A stretch of 64,000 nt of DNA from Myxococcota bacterium. GTDB taxonomy: Bacteria > Myxococcota_A > Polyangia > Polyangiales > Houyiibacteriaceae. The translations under genes and the position numbers were made by a program. Below the pieces are notes generated by a model. That model made no database searches, was not told the origin of the DNA, and was given only the letters and a program-made list of their open reading frames with translations. This document shows positions 1 to 10,501 of this stretch, piece after piece. How positions within the stretch are numbered: the first letter of the stretch is position 1; each line of letters starts with the position of its first letter. The stretch spans positions 39,546-103,545 of the forward strand of contig JBCCEA010000012.1 of NCBI GenBank assembly GCA_039030515.1, in the 5' to 3' direction.

Positions 1-1026
1 GATGCTTCAGTTCGGAATCAGACCTGGGACGAACGCGTCGATGCCGCCATACGAATGGGCGATCTCGGCCTGCACGGAGAGGTGGACACCACGCTTTTTG
101 ACAGGCTTCGTCTACGCGTGGGTGCCCGCGTCAACGCCCTCTTTTACGACATCGACGATCGGCAAGGCAACTTCACCCCACTGACCCGACCAGACGACAG
201 TTTTATTGAGGGGTTCCGACGCTCCGCCTACGGGATCACCTGGGGCCCACGCAGCAGCCTTTCATGGCAGCTGAGTCCACTGGTCACCGTCATGGCAGGG
301 TACGGGCACGGCTATCGCTCTGCCCAGGCACGCCTCCTTGAGGACGGAGAGCAAGCGCCGTTTACCACGGTCCGATCCGCAGACTTGGGGATACGTTTGA
401 ACTATCAAGATGCGTTCGAGGCCAAGGTTTCCGCCTACCACACGCGTTTGTCCGATGACGTGGCCTTCGAAGCCGCAGAGGGCAGACTCGAGCGGATCGG
501 CGCTACCCGCAGGCTGGGTGCGGTCGTCTATCTCAAAGCAACACCTGCGCATTGGTTTACCGCCGCCGGTTCGCTGACCTATGTAGACGCGGAACTTTTG
601 GAACCTCCACCGGCAACCGCAGAGGAACCGCAACCCAGCTTCCAAAGCGGCGAAAACCTCCCCTACGTGCCCCCGATCATGATCCGACTGGACGCTCAAG
701 TCCGCAAACCTCTGAATCCATCTCTTGGTGGTTATCCCCTAGAATTCCAACTTGGCACCGGCTTCACCTATCTATCTCCTCGGCCCCTACCCTACGGTGA
801 ATTTGCGTCTCCCGTGCGCACACTTGATGCGTCCGTGGGCCTAAGCTGGGGGCCGGTACGCGCGCGTCTCGAGGGCCTCAATCTGCTCGATCGTCGCTAT
901 GCGGCCGGCGAATTTAACTACGTATCCAACTGGGATCCGGATGCGACTGCGAGCCGAACGCCTGCACGCCATTTTTCAGCTGGTCCCCCTCGAAGTCTTA
1001 TGGGCACCGTGGAGCTTTCCCTATGA
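1..1026 (+). CDS. TonB-dependent receptor, C-terminal beta-barrel part (5' truncated by window edge)
   Basis: Frame is open from base 1. Amphipathic beta-strand pattern; 'NLLDRRY' and 'GPPRSLMGTVELSL' resemble a TonB receptor C-terminus. Confidence 0.85.
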   Translation, partial: DASVRNQTWDERVDAAIRMGDLGLHGEVDTTLFDRLRLRVGARVNALFYDIDDRQGNFTPLTRPDDSFIEGFRRSAYGITWGPRSSLSWQLSPLVTVMAGYGHGYRSAQARLLEDGEQAPFTTVRSADLGIRLNYQDAFEAKVSAYHTRLSDDVAFEAAEGRLERIGATRRLGAVVYLKATPAHWFTAAGSLTYVDAELLEPPPATAEEPQPSFQSGENLPYVPPIMIRLDAQVRKPLNPSLGGYPLEFQLGTGFTYLSPRPLPYGEFASPVRTLDASVGLSWGPVRARLEGLNLLDRRYAAGEFNYVSNWDPDATASRTPARHFSAGPPRSLMGTVELSL

Positions 1027-1904
1027 AACCAGGCCTTTGCCCAAGCGCTTTGAACGCCGGTCTCGCATGCTGCTTGAGCATTCTACTCGTCAGCGGGTGC
1101 ATCGAAAGCAGCCAAACGCAAGTCGAGTTTGAACTCGAACTCGTCGGTACTGAGCGTACAGGCACGTTCGAAGTGCGCGATGGGTGGCGCGTAGAGCTGC
1201 AGCAAGCGGACGTGGTCTTCGGACCGCTGTATCTCTGCGCCGGAACGCAGGCAGGAGACTTCTGCGACAGCGCTCTAGTCGAATTTCTGCAAAGTACGAC
1301 CGTGAACGCCCTAACACCTACTCCACTGCCGGCTGGACGCATGCGGGGCATTTCAGGCGTCACGCGCTCTTATATGTACGACCTCGGCTACGTCTCACTG
1401 CTCACTCGATCAGAGCCGCTGGTCACCCCGGCAGCTGAGGAACTAGAGGGTTCAGTGGTCCTACTGGGCGAGGCATCCCGGGACGGCATACGCTTTCCCT
1501 TTCAGGCCGAATTAGAGATCTACGTGGAAGACGAAACCGAGCGAGGCATACCCATCGTGCGGAGCAGCCTGGGAGACCTAGCGCCTCATCTTATCTCGAA
1601 TGACGACATCCTGAGCGTCCGTTTTGATCCCTCAAGCTGGCTCTCCACCTCCAACTTTGGAACACTGCTCGAGGAATCTACCTGCGAAGGCGGTCACACC
1701 ATCGGCTGCAGTGGCAATCTGGCGAGCGTTTGTGAAACGTCTCCGATCGAAATCGTCGACTGCTCCCCAGTTGGTTTTTGTCAAACAGACCTCGGCTGTA
1801 CCGATATCGCGACGATTCGCGCCGACAGCCAGATGGGACGTGCGATTCGAAACGATTTGGTCGCCGGCGTGCGTCCGAGATTCGAATGGAGAATACGGGA
1901 CTAG
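1023..1904 (+). CDS. Putative lipoprotein partner of the TonB receptor, with a Cys-rich C-terminal segment
   Basis: ATGA overlap with the receptor stop; lipobox-like LVSG-C; six Cys in residues ~220-260. Confidence 0.7.
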   Translation: MKPGLCPSALNAGLACCLSILLVSGCIESSQTQVEFELELVGTERTGTFEVRDGWRVELQQADVVFGPLYLCAGTQAGDFCDSALVEFLQSTTVNALTPTPLPAGRMRGISGVTRSYMYDLGYVSLLTRSEPLVTPAAEELEGSVVLLGEASRDGIRFPFQAELEIYVEDETERGIPIVRSSLGDLAPHLISNDDILSVRFDPSSWLSTSNFGTLLEESTCEGGHTIGCSGNLASVCETSPIEIVDCSPVGFCQTDLGCTDIATIRADSQMGRAIRNDLVAGVRPRFEWRIRD

Positions 1905-1948
1905 GCGCACCCAAGTCTGATTCACCCCGGCGGCCAACTCGTGAACAG

Positions 1949-2155
1949 ATGAAATCATTGATGTTCCTTCCGCGACCCCCACAATATGACGGCACGGAGC
2001 ATGGATGGTTCGGACTGGAAGACACGATGATTCCCGGAGTCTTCCATTTCCAAAGTTGTCCGAGGTCGACCTTCAAGCGTTTGCTGCCGGAAGGCACCGG
2101 GTGGTATGCTCTTTCCAGCTACTCAGAGGGCCCAGCATGCCTCCTGGAACGATAA
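1949..2155 (+). CDS. Small hypothetical protein (68 aa)
   Basis: ATG at 1949 within ORF 1778..2155; fills the gap between co-oriented genes; no motif recognised. Confidence 0.35.
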   Translation: MKSLMFLPRPPQYDGTEHGWFGLEDTMIPGVFHFQSCPRSTFKRLLPEGTGWYALSSYSEGPACLLER

Positions 2156-2170
2156 GGAACTTCGTCTCCC

Positions 2171-2635
2171 GTGAACGCCGATTCGCACGCGACTGAAATT
2201 CAGGCTGCCCTCGAGGAAGCCGGTCTTGAAATCTACACGTCCAGCTCTGACGAAATCCAGATCGCCGAACGTATTCGACTACACATCATGGATTCCGGAA
2301 TCCGATTGGTTCTGGGTGACCCTCTGCGCATTCGATTCACCGCACGATGCCAACGAGCTGATTTTCCTAACGAGAGTGCGGAGACACTCTTCACCAGGGT
2401 CCGAGACGTAGTCGGCAAGGCAGCGGGAGATCGTGGCTATGAGGAGACTGGATTTGCCCAAGTGGAGGTCAAAAACCCGGTCGACGATTCGAAGATCCTC
2501 GATGTCTGGCATGAGGTAACCTACGAGAAATCACTGCCTAGCCTGGCTCAGGCGGTCCCAGAGTTACGCTGGGCACTCAAAGTCGAGAAATATGTCTCTG
2601 CTCAAGAGACGCCTACTGCTGAGCTATCGAGTTAG
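2171..2635 (+). CDS. Hypothetical protein
   Basis: 154-aa ORF with globular protein-like composition; no motif recognised. Confidence 0.7.
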   Translation: MNADSHATEIQAALEEAGLEIYTSSSDEIQIAERIRLHIMDSGIRLVLGDPLRIRFTARCQRADFPNESAETLFTRVRDVVGKAAGDRGYEETGFAQVEVKNPVDDSKILDVWHEVTYEKSLPSLAQAVPELRWALKVEKYVSAQETPTAELSS

Positions 2636-2676
2636 TCGAGAGAGAGGACGAAGAATCCTTCTTGAGTTTGGTACGC

Positions 2677-2904
2677 CTAGGCCACCGAACGGGTAACCTG
2701 CTCCGCAAAATGGCCTCTCTGACCTTCCTTCAATACAAAGTTGACCGTTTCACCCTGCTTTAGTGTTCGAAAGCCGTCTCCCTCGATTTGAGAGTAGTGC
2801 ACAAAAACATCAGGACCTTCATCGCGTTTGATGAACCCCCATCCCTTTGCATTGTTGAACCACTTCACCATGCCCATTTCGGTGGCTCCAACTACTTCCG
2901 ACAT
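2677..2904 (-). CDS. Cold-shock protein (CspA family)
   Basis: GMVKWFNNAKGWGFI (RNP-1) and DVFVHYS (RNP-2); GGAGGA SD upstream of ATG 2904. Confidence 0.95.
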   Translation of the reverse strand: MSEVVGATEMGMVKWFNNAKGWGFIKRDEGPDVFVHYSQIEGDGFRTLKQGETVNFVLKEGQRGHFAEQVTRSVA

Positions 2905-3173
2905 CTTCGGTACTCCTCCACTGGTCGGCAGCCTAAAGACCACAGCCGCCGAAAAATGGCTCTGAGATCTCGCATCGTAAGCAACTGCAACGACAGAACC
3001 TAGTAGAACCCTCTCCAGACAACCGTGAGAACACTATCGTTCGAGTACTCCAGGTCAAGAAATTGCGGCCGCAACGTTTACAGAAAAGCGTTGTCCGTCC
3101 TTGTCGAGAACCCGATGACGTTCGAAACGGAGTGAGCGCACTCGCTGGGTAGCTCAGCTCCACGGTGAGGTTC

Positions 3174-5060
3174 CTAGAAATGGTTCAGGTCCACTCCAAA
3201 GCGCGCAAAAAAACCGCGCAGTTGAGACTCGGATACACCTTCACGAACCACGAGAAACGCACCGGCTCGCTCCGGATGGAATAGCTCTGCAAAATCAGCG
3301 TCCTCTTGAATTTCGCGCCACTCCTCCCCGACCTGAACCAACGCCGAAACCCGGCGATACGGGGCTTGAACCGTCGACTCCAAACATCGCGCCAGATATT
3401 CCTCGGCAGTCGTATCCAGCGGACCGACGAGTTGCCGAACTCTCTCAACGGTGGTGTCTATATGTTCTCGTCGCTGAAAAGGCTTTCTCGAACCTGGATC
3501 TCTAAACTGCAACCAGATGGCTTCATCGGAAACAAAGCACTCCCCAAGCTGAAGAACACAAAGCACATCGGAAACTCGGGCCTGCTTTGAAAATCGAATC
3601 AAACCTGGTCCCTCAAAGCTCGCAACGCGCGATTCGAGAGCCGGCTCGAATACCTCTGCATCTCGAACGTTGGCGGCAAGTCGACTTGCCCGCTCGGACT
3701 CAGCGCGATCTGTAAAACCGAGCGCCGGCATCGTAAATCGCAGCATACGCAGGAGGATTTCCTCGAGCTCACGTGGGAACGCCTCGGGCGCGGCTCGCTT
3801 TGCGAGCTTAAGAAAACGCTTTGCAGACGTCACCCGAACGTCTCCGAGTACCCAGTCGACCACGTCTTGATCGCGCACGAAGGCTCCCGCCTCGAATTCC
3901 TGAAGAGCCTCGAGCAGCGAGTCACGAAGCACCCCGGATGGCGACGGGATCGAGTTCAGCCGAGTGCCCGCTCGATGACCATCCTCGGGCTCCCGTCCCT
4001 CGTCCCATGCGCCACCTTTGCGCCATACCGCGCGGAGACGCGCACCGACTTCAGAGATCGTACAGTCTAGTGACGACAACCTCGCTGCACGGGCGATCGA
4101 AACGATCAGCTCTGCATGCGCTCCATCGATTTGGAATTCCCGCGCTAGACGTTTGATCGCCGTTCGAGGTGCACCCAAGCCGGGTCGAAGCGAGACACCG
4201 ATCGAGTTCAGTCGGGCAAGAAACACGACGGCGCTTAGACCAGGCTCACGGGCAAACTCAGCGCGTTGCGGGTCGAGGTTCAAGGTGCGCACTCGATCTC
4301 GAACATGAGCCTGGTGTGCCTTTGCGATCTCTCGACGCGCCCGCCCAGCGTAGCGACCAACTTCCTCAGGAAGCGCCCAAACACCTCGATATCGAGGTAG
4401 TAGAACGCCCTGCCTCACCAGCGCCCAACTCACGCTGCGTGGGGGCAGTGAGGTCACCGAGTAGCGCGCAGGCTCCTTTTCGAGTTCCAAGAGCTCTTCG
4501 GTACACAGTTCGCCACCACGTGCTTCGATGGCCATCGCCAACCGCTGCTCCCGAACTGACAGGGACTCCATGTGAGACTGAAGACTACGTGTATTCTCAA
4601 GCACCATCAGTAGCTGTTCCAGGGCAAGCGCACGCGGCCCTACAGATCGAGTTAGCGTATCTCGAACCTCACCCTCCAGCGCACTGAGAAGCACCCGGGC
4701 CGAACGTGGGTGCTCCGAAGGTGTTGCAGGCAGCTGAACCCGATACGCACTGGGCATCACCCAACGCGACTCGACTTCCGGATGAGGAAAGAGCACGTCT
4801 GCTTCGATTAAAGCATCCGCTCCTTTTCCAATACTGGACTTATCCAGTCCATAGGGAGCCTGAAGTAAAGCGTCGACTGCTGCTGCGATCGCAGGGTCTC
4901 GGAGATCGAGACTCGAAAGCACGGGCCGGCGAACCAAAGCGCGCGCCGCTTGCTCGACACGACGAAGCCTCTTCTGGGGGTCCGTCGTGACTGCCTGACG
5001 TCGGCACAAGTTCGTGAGGCTTTCTTCGCTCAGGGCTGCGAGAAGATCGACTAGGTACAT
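3174..5060 (-). CDS. Hypothetical protein, weakly resembling XPB-helicase-associated (Helicase_C_3-like) proteins
   Basis: 628-aa ORF with repeated wHTH-like segments; no Walker motifs; family resemblance is impressionistic. Confidence 0.55.
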   Translation of the reverse strand: MYLVDLLAALSEESLTNLCRRQAVTTDPQKRLRRVEQAARALVRRPVLSSLDLRDPAIAAAVDALLQAPYGLDKSSIGKGADALIEADVLFPHPEVESRWVMPSAYRVQLPATPSEHPRSARVLLSALEGEVRDTLTRSVGPRALALEQLLMVLENTRSLQSHMESLSVREQRLAMAIEARGGELCTEELLELEKEPARYSVTSLPPRSVSWALVRQGVLLPRYRGVWALPEEVGRYAGRARREIAKAHQAHVRDRVRTLNLDPQRAEFAREPGLSAVVFLARLNSIGVSLRPGLGAPRTAIKRLAREFQIDGAHAELIVSIARAARLSSLDCTISEVGARLRAVWRKGGAWDEGREPEDGHRAGTRLNSIPSPSGVLRDSLLEALQEFEAGAFVRDQDVVDWVLGDVRVTSAKRFLKLAKRAAPEAFPRELEEILLRMLRFTMPALGFTDRAESERASRLAANVRDAEVFEPALESRVASFEGPGLIRFSKQARVSDVLCVLQLGECFVSDEAIWLQFRDPGSRKPFQRREHIDTTVERVRQLVGPLDTTAEEYLARCLESTVQAPYRRVSALVQVGEEWREIQEDADFAELFHPERAGAFLVVREGVSESQLRGFFARFGVDLNHF

Positions 5061-5111
5061 GACGAGAACCTTTCTGGGCTTCGCATGCCAAAACCTGCAG
5101 AGCGTTTTCTT

Positions 5112-5702
5112 CTAAGGTGCGAGTGTCTCGAGCACGTACACATCGTTGTCGAGCCGATATCGAGTTCGCTCATGGAGTCGATCGGGGCGATCGGCCCAGA
5201 ACTCGACAACTTTGGCCGCAACGCGATAGCCCACCCAGTGCGGTGGCCTTGGAACCGATTCACCTTCGTACTGTGCCGCAACTTTTCGAACCTGCTTCTC
5301 AAGCTCTTCACGTCCGGAAATCACAGAACTCTGGCGACTCGCCCATGCACCGAGTTGGCTGCCTCGAGACCGGGTTGCGAAATACGCGTCCGACCCCGCG
5401 TCATCCATCTTGGACACCTCTCCTTCAACCCGAACTTGTACTCCCGTAGACCACCAGTGGAAGCAGAGTGCCGCTACTGGATTACTGTCCAATTCTAAAC
5501 CTTTACGGCTTTTTTCATTGGTAAAAAAAATGAAGCCTTTCGCATCGACCTGCTTGCAAAGGACGAAACGTACTGAGGGAACTCCATTCGCCGAGGCGGT
5601 AGCCAGCGCGCAGCGGATCGCATGTTCTCGGGTTTGCGAGGACTCCGCAAGCGCAAGTTCGCGTTGAAATCGAGCGATAGGCTCGGGAAGGTTGAAACTC
5701 AC
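5112..5702 (-). CDS. pdxH: Pyridoxamine 5'-phosphate oxidase
   Basis: PSVRFVLCK, FFTNEKSRKG, QVRVEG, RSRGSQLGAWASRQS, EFW...RLHER. Confidence 0.95.
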   Translation of the reverse strand: MSFNLPEPIARFQRELALAESSQTREHAIRCALATASANGVPSVRFVLCKQVDAKGFIFFTNEKSRKGLELDSNPVAALCFHWWSTGVQVRVEGEVSKMDDAGSDAYFATRSRGSQLGAWASRQSSVISGREELEKQVRKVAAQYEGESVPRPPHWVGYRVAAKVVEFWADRPDRLHERTRYRLDNDVYVLETLAP

Positions 5703-5836
5703 GGGGAATGTTTGGACCTAATTCCTCTTGAAATCAACCAGCTAGCCACACATCTATGCCCTGTTCCCGCATGGCAGGGGCGGCTGCTTCGCATGGAGTT
5801 CCTCTGAATGCGTGTTAACTTTGATAGGAAGGTTTG

Positions 5837-8800
5837 ATGATCGATCGCTCGGAAGAGTTGAGGGCCCGGCTTAGGCGCGACCCGGGCGACACGGAAGCGT
5901 ATCACGCTCTTAAAGCACTCTATCGCGACCAGACAGACTACCCTTCGCTCGTCAACTTGATCGAGGGTTGGGCGGCCAAAAGCGTTGACGCAAACGAATC
6001 CGCGGAAGCCTTTCACGAGGCAAGTAAAATCGCGGAACAGCAACTTCAAAATCGATCGCGCACCACCCAGCTCTTGAGCCGAGCACTTGAGCGCAATCCG
6101 CTTCACGGCAAGGCCTGGGGTTCCCTCGTTCGAGTCCACGCCGCAACCGGAGATACCCGTCGCATCATCTCCGCCTACGAGCGCCAGATCCGAGCGCTTT
6201 CCCAGATTCATGTCGATGAGCAAACCATTGCTCCACTGCATCTCGAGCTCGGTCAGCTCTGGGAGCAAGGCCTCGAACGAGCAGATCGAGCTATCGAACA
6301 GTACCGCCATGCCTTTCAGAAAGATCCCGGGTTGGTGCCTGCATTGTACGCCGCTCGAGAACTCTATAAGCAGACCGGCAATCTTCACGAAGCCGCTGTA
6401 CTGTACGATCTGGAAGCGGAGGCCGAACCCGATCCCGACCGTAAACTGGCGCTCCATCTGGAGGTCGCCCGTATTCGCTCCGAGGAGCTGAGCGATCTGA
6501 GTGGCGCAGAAGAGTCTTTGAGAAGAGCACTCGCACTGTCTCCGGAGGATCTCAGCGTGATGCACGACATGGTTTCACTGCTCTTGCGCCGCGCAAACGG
6601 TGCCGGCAACAATCCGGCGATGGTGCGAGACCGTATGAGCGCGGCCGATCTGCTGACTCAAATGGCTACGATGCTGCCTTCGGAGCAAGCGATTGCGTAC
6701 TGTGAGTCGGCACTGGAGGTGGTCCCGAACCATGATGAAGCGCTGGACCTACTCGAAGTGCTTGCGACTCATCCGGAGGATCGGCGACGTCTTCCTCATC
6801 GATGGGTCGCATACCTAAGGGCGTCTCCGGAAACCTCCAAAGCCGCCGATCGAAGAGTTCAGCTTGGCCAAGCCTATGTACAGGCTGGGCAACCTCAGGA
6901 CGCCATCGACTGCCTCGAGCTTCTTCTTGAAGTCGGCAATCCCCAGGCTGCAAAAGTACTTGTGGGAGCCTACCAAACGCTAGAGCGCGAGACCGACGCC
7001 GCCAATGCACTTGCGGTTTCTGCACAAGAACTGATTCCGGAGGAACGCATTCCGCTTGTGCGGGAGGCGATGCATCTGTTGCGACAAGCCGAGAACGACA
7101 AAGAGGCCAGCAAACGTGCTCACGAACTGCTCACCCTGGTCCCCCACGATGAGGAAGCGCTTGCTTATCTCCAGGATGAATGCCGCACACCAGGAGACAA
7201 AAGCCAGCTACACCATGTCATCGAGAATGCAATATCCTCCTGGCAACTGGTGCTCCATAGAGATCCTGCGAACCAGGGCGCTTTTGAATCCTTGGGTGCG
7301 CTTTTGGAACAGCAGGAGCAGTGGGACCAATTGGCGTACATGCTGGGTCAACAGGCACTCGCGGCTACGGACCTCGATACGAAAGCCAAAGTATACCGAC
7401 GCCTCGCTTCCATTCATTTGACGCAACGCTCGGATCCTCACGAAGCCTCGGTCGTTCTCCGCAAACTCCGCAAGCTTCTGCCCCACGACGACGAGGTACG
7501 AACCGCACTATCTGAAGCGCTCCTCAAATCTGGAGCGACCGCCGACGTAGCCTCACTTCTCCAAGAACAAATCGACGCGGAACACGAACCTGAACGGCGG
7601 GCCGAACTACGTCGTATTCTTGCGGAGCACTTGGAGCGAGAACTCGATCAGGACACCGAAGCTTTTGCGGTGGCGTCTCAGATTCTGGCCGATCTCCCAA
7701 ACGACGAAGATGCGCTGAAGCGTATGGAGCGAATCGACGCCCGTCTCGGCAATTATGAGCGACTCGTCGACACGCTTTCCTATCGAGCGAAGAGTGCAGA
7801 TGGAGAGACTCAAATCGAACTCTATTCCGCCATCGGCGTCTTGGCGGAGGAGCACCTCAAAGAGCCAGAGCGTGCGATCGACGCCTATCAGCGGGTGCTC
7901 GAACTTGATCCCGATCACGACCCGAGTATCGAGGCACTCGACGCACTTCTCGAGCGCGCTGGCCGGTACCGAGAACTCATCATGGTCCTGCAAGATCGTG
8001 CGGAACGTGAGGACAACGCTGAAGTGCGCAGCACGCTGTATCATCGAATCGCCTCGATCATGAGACATGGAACGGGTGACGAAGAAGCGGCCGCGAGTAC
8101 CTACCGGAAGCTTCTCGCGATTCGAGGCGATGAGGAAGCCCTGCGCTACCTCGCCGATCTTGCTCGAAGAAGACAACAGTGGCCGGAACTGGTGCGTTAC
8201 GGAGGGGAACTTGTCGACCACCTAAACTCCTCTGAAGAGGCTACCGATCTTCTTTTCGAAATCGCCACGGTCTACATTGAGAAACTGGAGCAACCCCGGT
8301 TGGGCGTCGAGAAACTCCGAATACTCGTCAACGAATTGGATTCTGGTCATCAAGAGGCACTAGCGCTCATGGTGAACACTGGAGAAGATCTCGAAGATTC
8401 AGTCACGATCTCGGAAGCACTTTCCAAGCAGCTCAGCATCACCGACGACCCGAGTCTGCGCGTTCCCATCGCCAAGCGATTGGCACAGGTCTACGAAAAA
8501 GAACTGAGAGACACGCCGAGCGCGATCGAAGCTCTCTTCGCCTGGGTCGATGCAGACGTCACGGCGCCTGAACCCCATCGACAACTCGTCCCGCTACTCG
8601 AGTCGGAAGCGCGCTGGGAAGAACTTCGAGGAAGCTTCGACATCCTCTGTGCATTGGAGGTAGACGGGCCTGCGATAGCACGCTGGGTTCAAAGATCCGC
8701 AGAGTTATGTGTACGACTTGGAGACGTGGATGGTGCTTGGGAGCGTCTGCGCGTCCAAACCGAAGCGGGAGATTCTGATTGCGAAGGCGCACTGCGTGCA

Positions 8801-10405
8801 TTGGCGCGATCCGTTAGCCGAAGCGAGGAGCTGGCCCAGCTCTACCGTACGCTTGCAAAGAATCAAAACGAGCTGGAAGACAAAGCATCCTGGTGGAAGA
8901 AGGCAGCGGAGATCCATGACGCAGACGTTGGGGACTCCGAACTCGCTATCGAGGCAGCTCTTCACAGCTTCTTCTGCGATACCAGCAACCTACAGCTGGT
9001 TGCGTACATCGAAAACCTCATGGAGCGAAGCGGCCTGTGGCACAAGCTCTCTGCGGTTTACGAAGCCTTGGTGCGGGAGCAAAAAAGCCCTGCCGATCGA
9101 GCGCGGACGTATCGTCGTCAAGCAAGCGTGCTGGAGGACAAAGCCAAATCAAATGCAGATGCCTTCCAAGCGATGCTCCTCGCCTATGAGACAGATCCGA
9201 CGGACGAAGAGGTGCGGCTCGAACTGGAACGTTTGGGCAGCAGTTGGCCTCAGAGCGCTCAGATTCTATCGGTTTACGACCGGCGCAAGGCTGAGGCCGA
9301 AACTGACGCCTTGCGGGTAGAGTATATTTGCAAAGCGGCCCGTTGGTGTAGCTCGATACTGGGCGATGCTCAGCAGGCCAACAGCTACTTGGCGCAAGGT
9401 GTTGCGCTATGCGCACGCGCACCAGAGCTCATGCCGGTCCTCGAAACCTGTGCGGTGAAGATGGATTCCGAGCAAGAGCTTCCCCTTGAGTCTTCGGCCA
9501 TCCGCGATTTAGCCATGCTTTATCGGCGCATCGGTGAGCACGCATCCGACGATCGCAGGACCTCGACGAGACTTCTGATGGAGTCGGGCCGGCTCTTTGA
9601 GACATGGCTTGACGAACCAGCTACTGCACTTGAAGTGCTCATTCACGCTGTCGAGCTTGATCCCAGCGCCGCGGAGGTCTTACGGCAAGTCGCGGGACTC
9701 GCCAAGCGATGCGGTGAGGCTGAGGCACTACAAGAACTACTTGAGCGATTGGCAAGAGAGGCTCTCGATTCGAACGTCGCCGAAACCTTACTCCGATGCA
9801 GAGCAGAGCTGCTCACGACGGTGCTCGCCCACTTCGACACGGCAGCGAACGTCTATGAGCAGCTCCGAGTCCTGCTGCCGGCAGACCGGGAGATCGCGTT
9901 TCGACTGCGGGAGAGTCTTCAGAAAGCGGCCCGATATGATGACCTCCTGGTTGCGGTGGAACGCGAACTCGTGACGACATCGAACCCTCTTGAACGCCAC
10001 GATCTCCTTCAGATTATTGCGGAAACATGGGAATTTTGCCTCAACAATCGATGGGAAGGGCTCGACGCATGGAAACGTTTGCTGAACGAATTTCCCAAAG
10101 ATCGAGAAGCACTGGAAGCAACTAAAAGACTGGCACCGCGCAGCGTAGCCTCAGACGAACTTCCCACGGCAGACCATGAGCCCACGCCTGCGGTATTTAT
10201 GATTTCCGACGAGCTTCAGATACATATCGACAGTCAACCTACGCCTCAGCTGCATCGGCTTGCGGAGATGCTCGCCGCTCAAACGGGATCGGTCGAGGGC
10301 ATTTCTCTCGAAGCGGGTGAACTCACGACGACGCCCACACGGAGATCACACTTGCCCGATGGATTTGAATCTCTTGCGGCATCAAGCGGAGAGGAAAGCA
10401 CCTAA
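5837..10405 (+). CDS. Very large tetratricopeptide-repeat protein
   Basis: About 1520 aa of helical repeats such as 'AIDAYQRVLELDPDH'; GGAAGG SD upstream. Confidence 0.85.
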   Translation: MIDRSEELRARLRRDPGDTEAYHALKALYRDQTDYPSLVNLIEGWAAKSVDANESAEAFHEASKIAEQQLQNRSRTTQLLSRALERNPLHGKAWGSLVRVHAATGDTRRIISAYERQIRALSQIHVDEQTIAPLHLELGQLWEQGLERADRAIEQYRHAFQKDPGLVPALYAARELYKQTGNLHEAAVLYDLEAEAEPDPDRKLALHLEVARIRSEELSDLSGAEESLRRALALSPEDLSVMHDMVSLLLRRANGAGNNPAMVRDRMSAADLLTQMATMLPSEQAIAYCESALEVVPNHDEALDLLEVLATHPEDRRRLPHRWVAYLRASPETSKAADRRVQLGQAYVQAGQPQDAIDCLELLLEVGNPQAAKVLVGAYQTLERETDAANALAVSAQELIPEERIPLVREAMHLLRQAENDKEASKRAHELLTLVPHDEEALAYLQDECRTPGDKSQLHHVIENAISSWQLVLHRDPANQGAFESLGALLEQQEQWDQLAYMLGQQALAATDLDTKAKVYRRLASIHLTQRSDPHEASVVLRKLRKLLPHDDEVRTALSEALLKSGATADVASLLQEQIDAEHEPERRAELRRILAEHLERELDQDTEAFAVASQILADLPNDEDALKRMERIDARLGNYERLVDTLSYRAKSADGETQIELYSAIGVLAEEHLKEPERAIDAYQRVLELDPDHDPSIEALDALLERAGRYRELIMVLQDRAEREDNAEVRSTLYHRIASIMRHGTGDEEAAASTYRKLLAIRGDEEALRYLADLARRRQQWPELVRYGGELVDHLNSSEEATDLLFEIATVYIEKLEQPRLGVEKLRILVNELDSGHQEALALMVNTGEDLEDSVTISEALSKQLSITDDPSLRVPIAKRLAQVYEKELRDTPSAIEALFAWVDADVTAPEPHRQLVPLLESEARWEELRGSFDILCALEVDGPAIARWVQRSAELCVRLGDVDGAWERLRVQTEAGDSDCEGALRALARSVSRSEELAQLYRTLAKNQNELEDKASWWKKAAEIHDADVGDSELAIEAALHSFFCDTSNLQLVAYIENLMERSGLWHKLSAVYEALVREQKSPADRARTYRRQASVLEDKAKSNADAFQAMLLAYETDPTDEEVRLELERLGSSWPQSAQILSVYDRRKAEAETDALRVEYICKAARWCSSILGDAQQANSYLAQGVALCARAPELMPVLETCAVKMDSEQELPLESSAIRDLAMLYRRIGEHASDDRRTSTRLLMESGRLFETWLDEPATALEVLIHAVELDPSAAEVLRQVAGLAKRCGEAEALQELLERLAREALDSNVAETLLRCRAELLTTVLAHFDTAANVYEQLRVLLPADREIAFRLRESLQKAARYDDLLVAVERELVTTSNPLERHDLLQIIAETWEFCLNNRWEGLDAWKRLLNEFPKDREALEATKRLAPRSVASDELPTADHEPTPAVFMISDELQIHIDSQPTPQLHRLAEMLAAQTGSVEGISLEAGELTTTPTRRSHLPDGFESLAASSGEEST

Positions 10406-10501
10406 GCGGAGACGGGATAGTCCAGGTTGCTTGAGTAACGCATGAGGCAGCTGTTCTTGGCGCATGCGGCGTTCGAGATGCACCGCGTCTGAGATAAAAC
10501 G

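Noticed and set aside
5699..6565. 288-aa minus-strand ORF
   Set aside because: Antisense shadow of the TPR gene.
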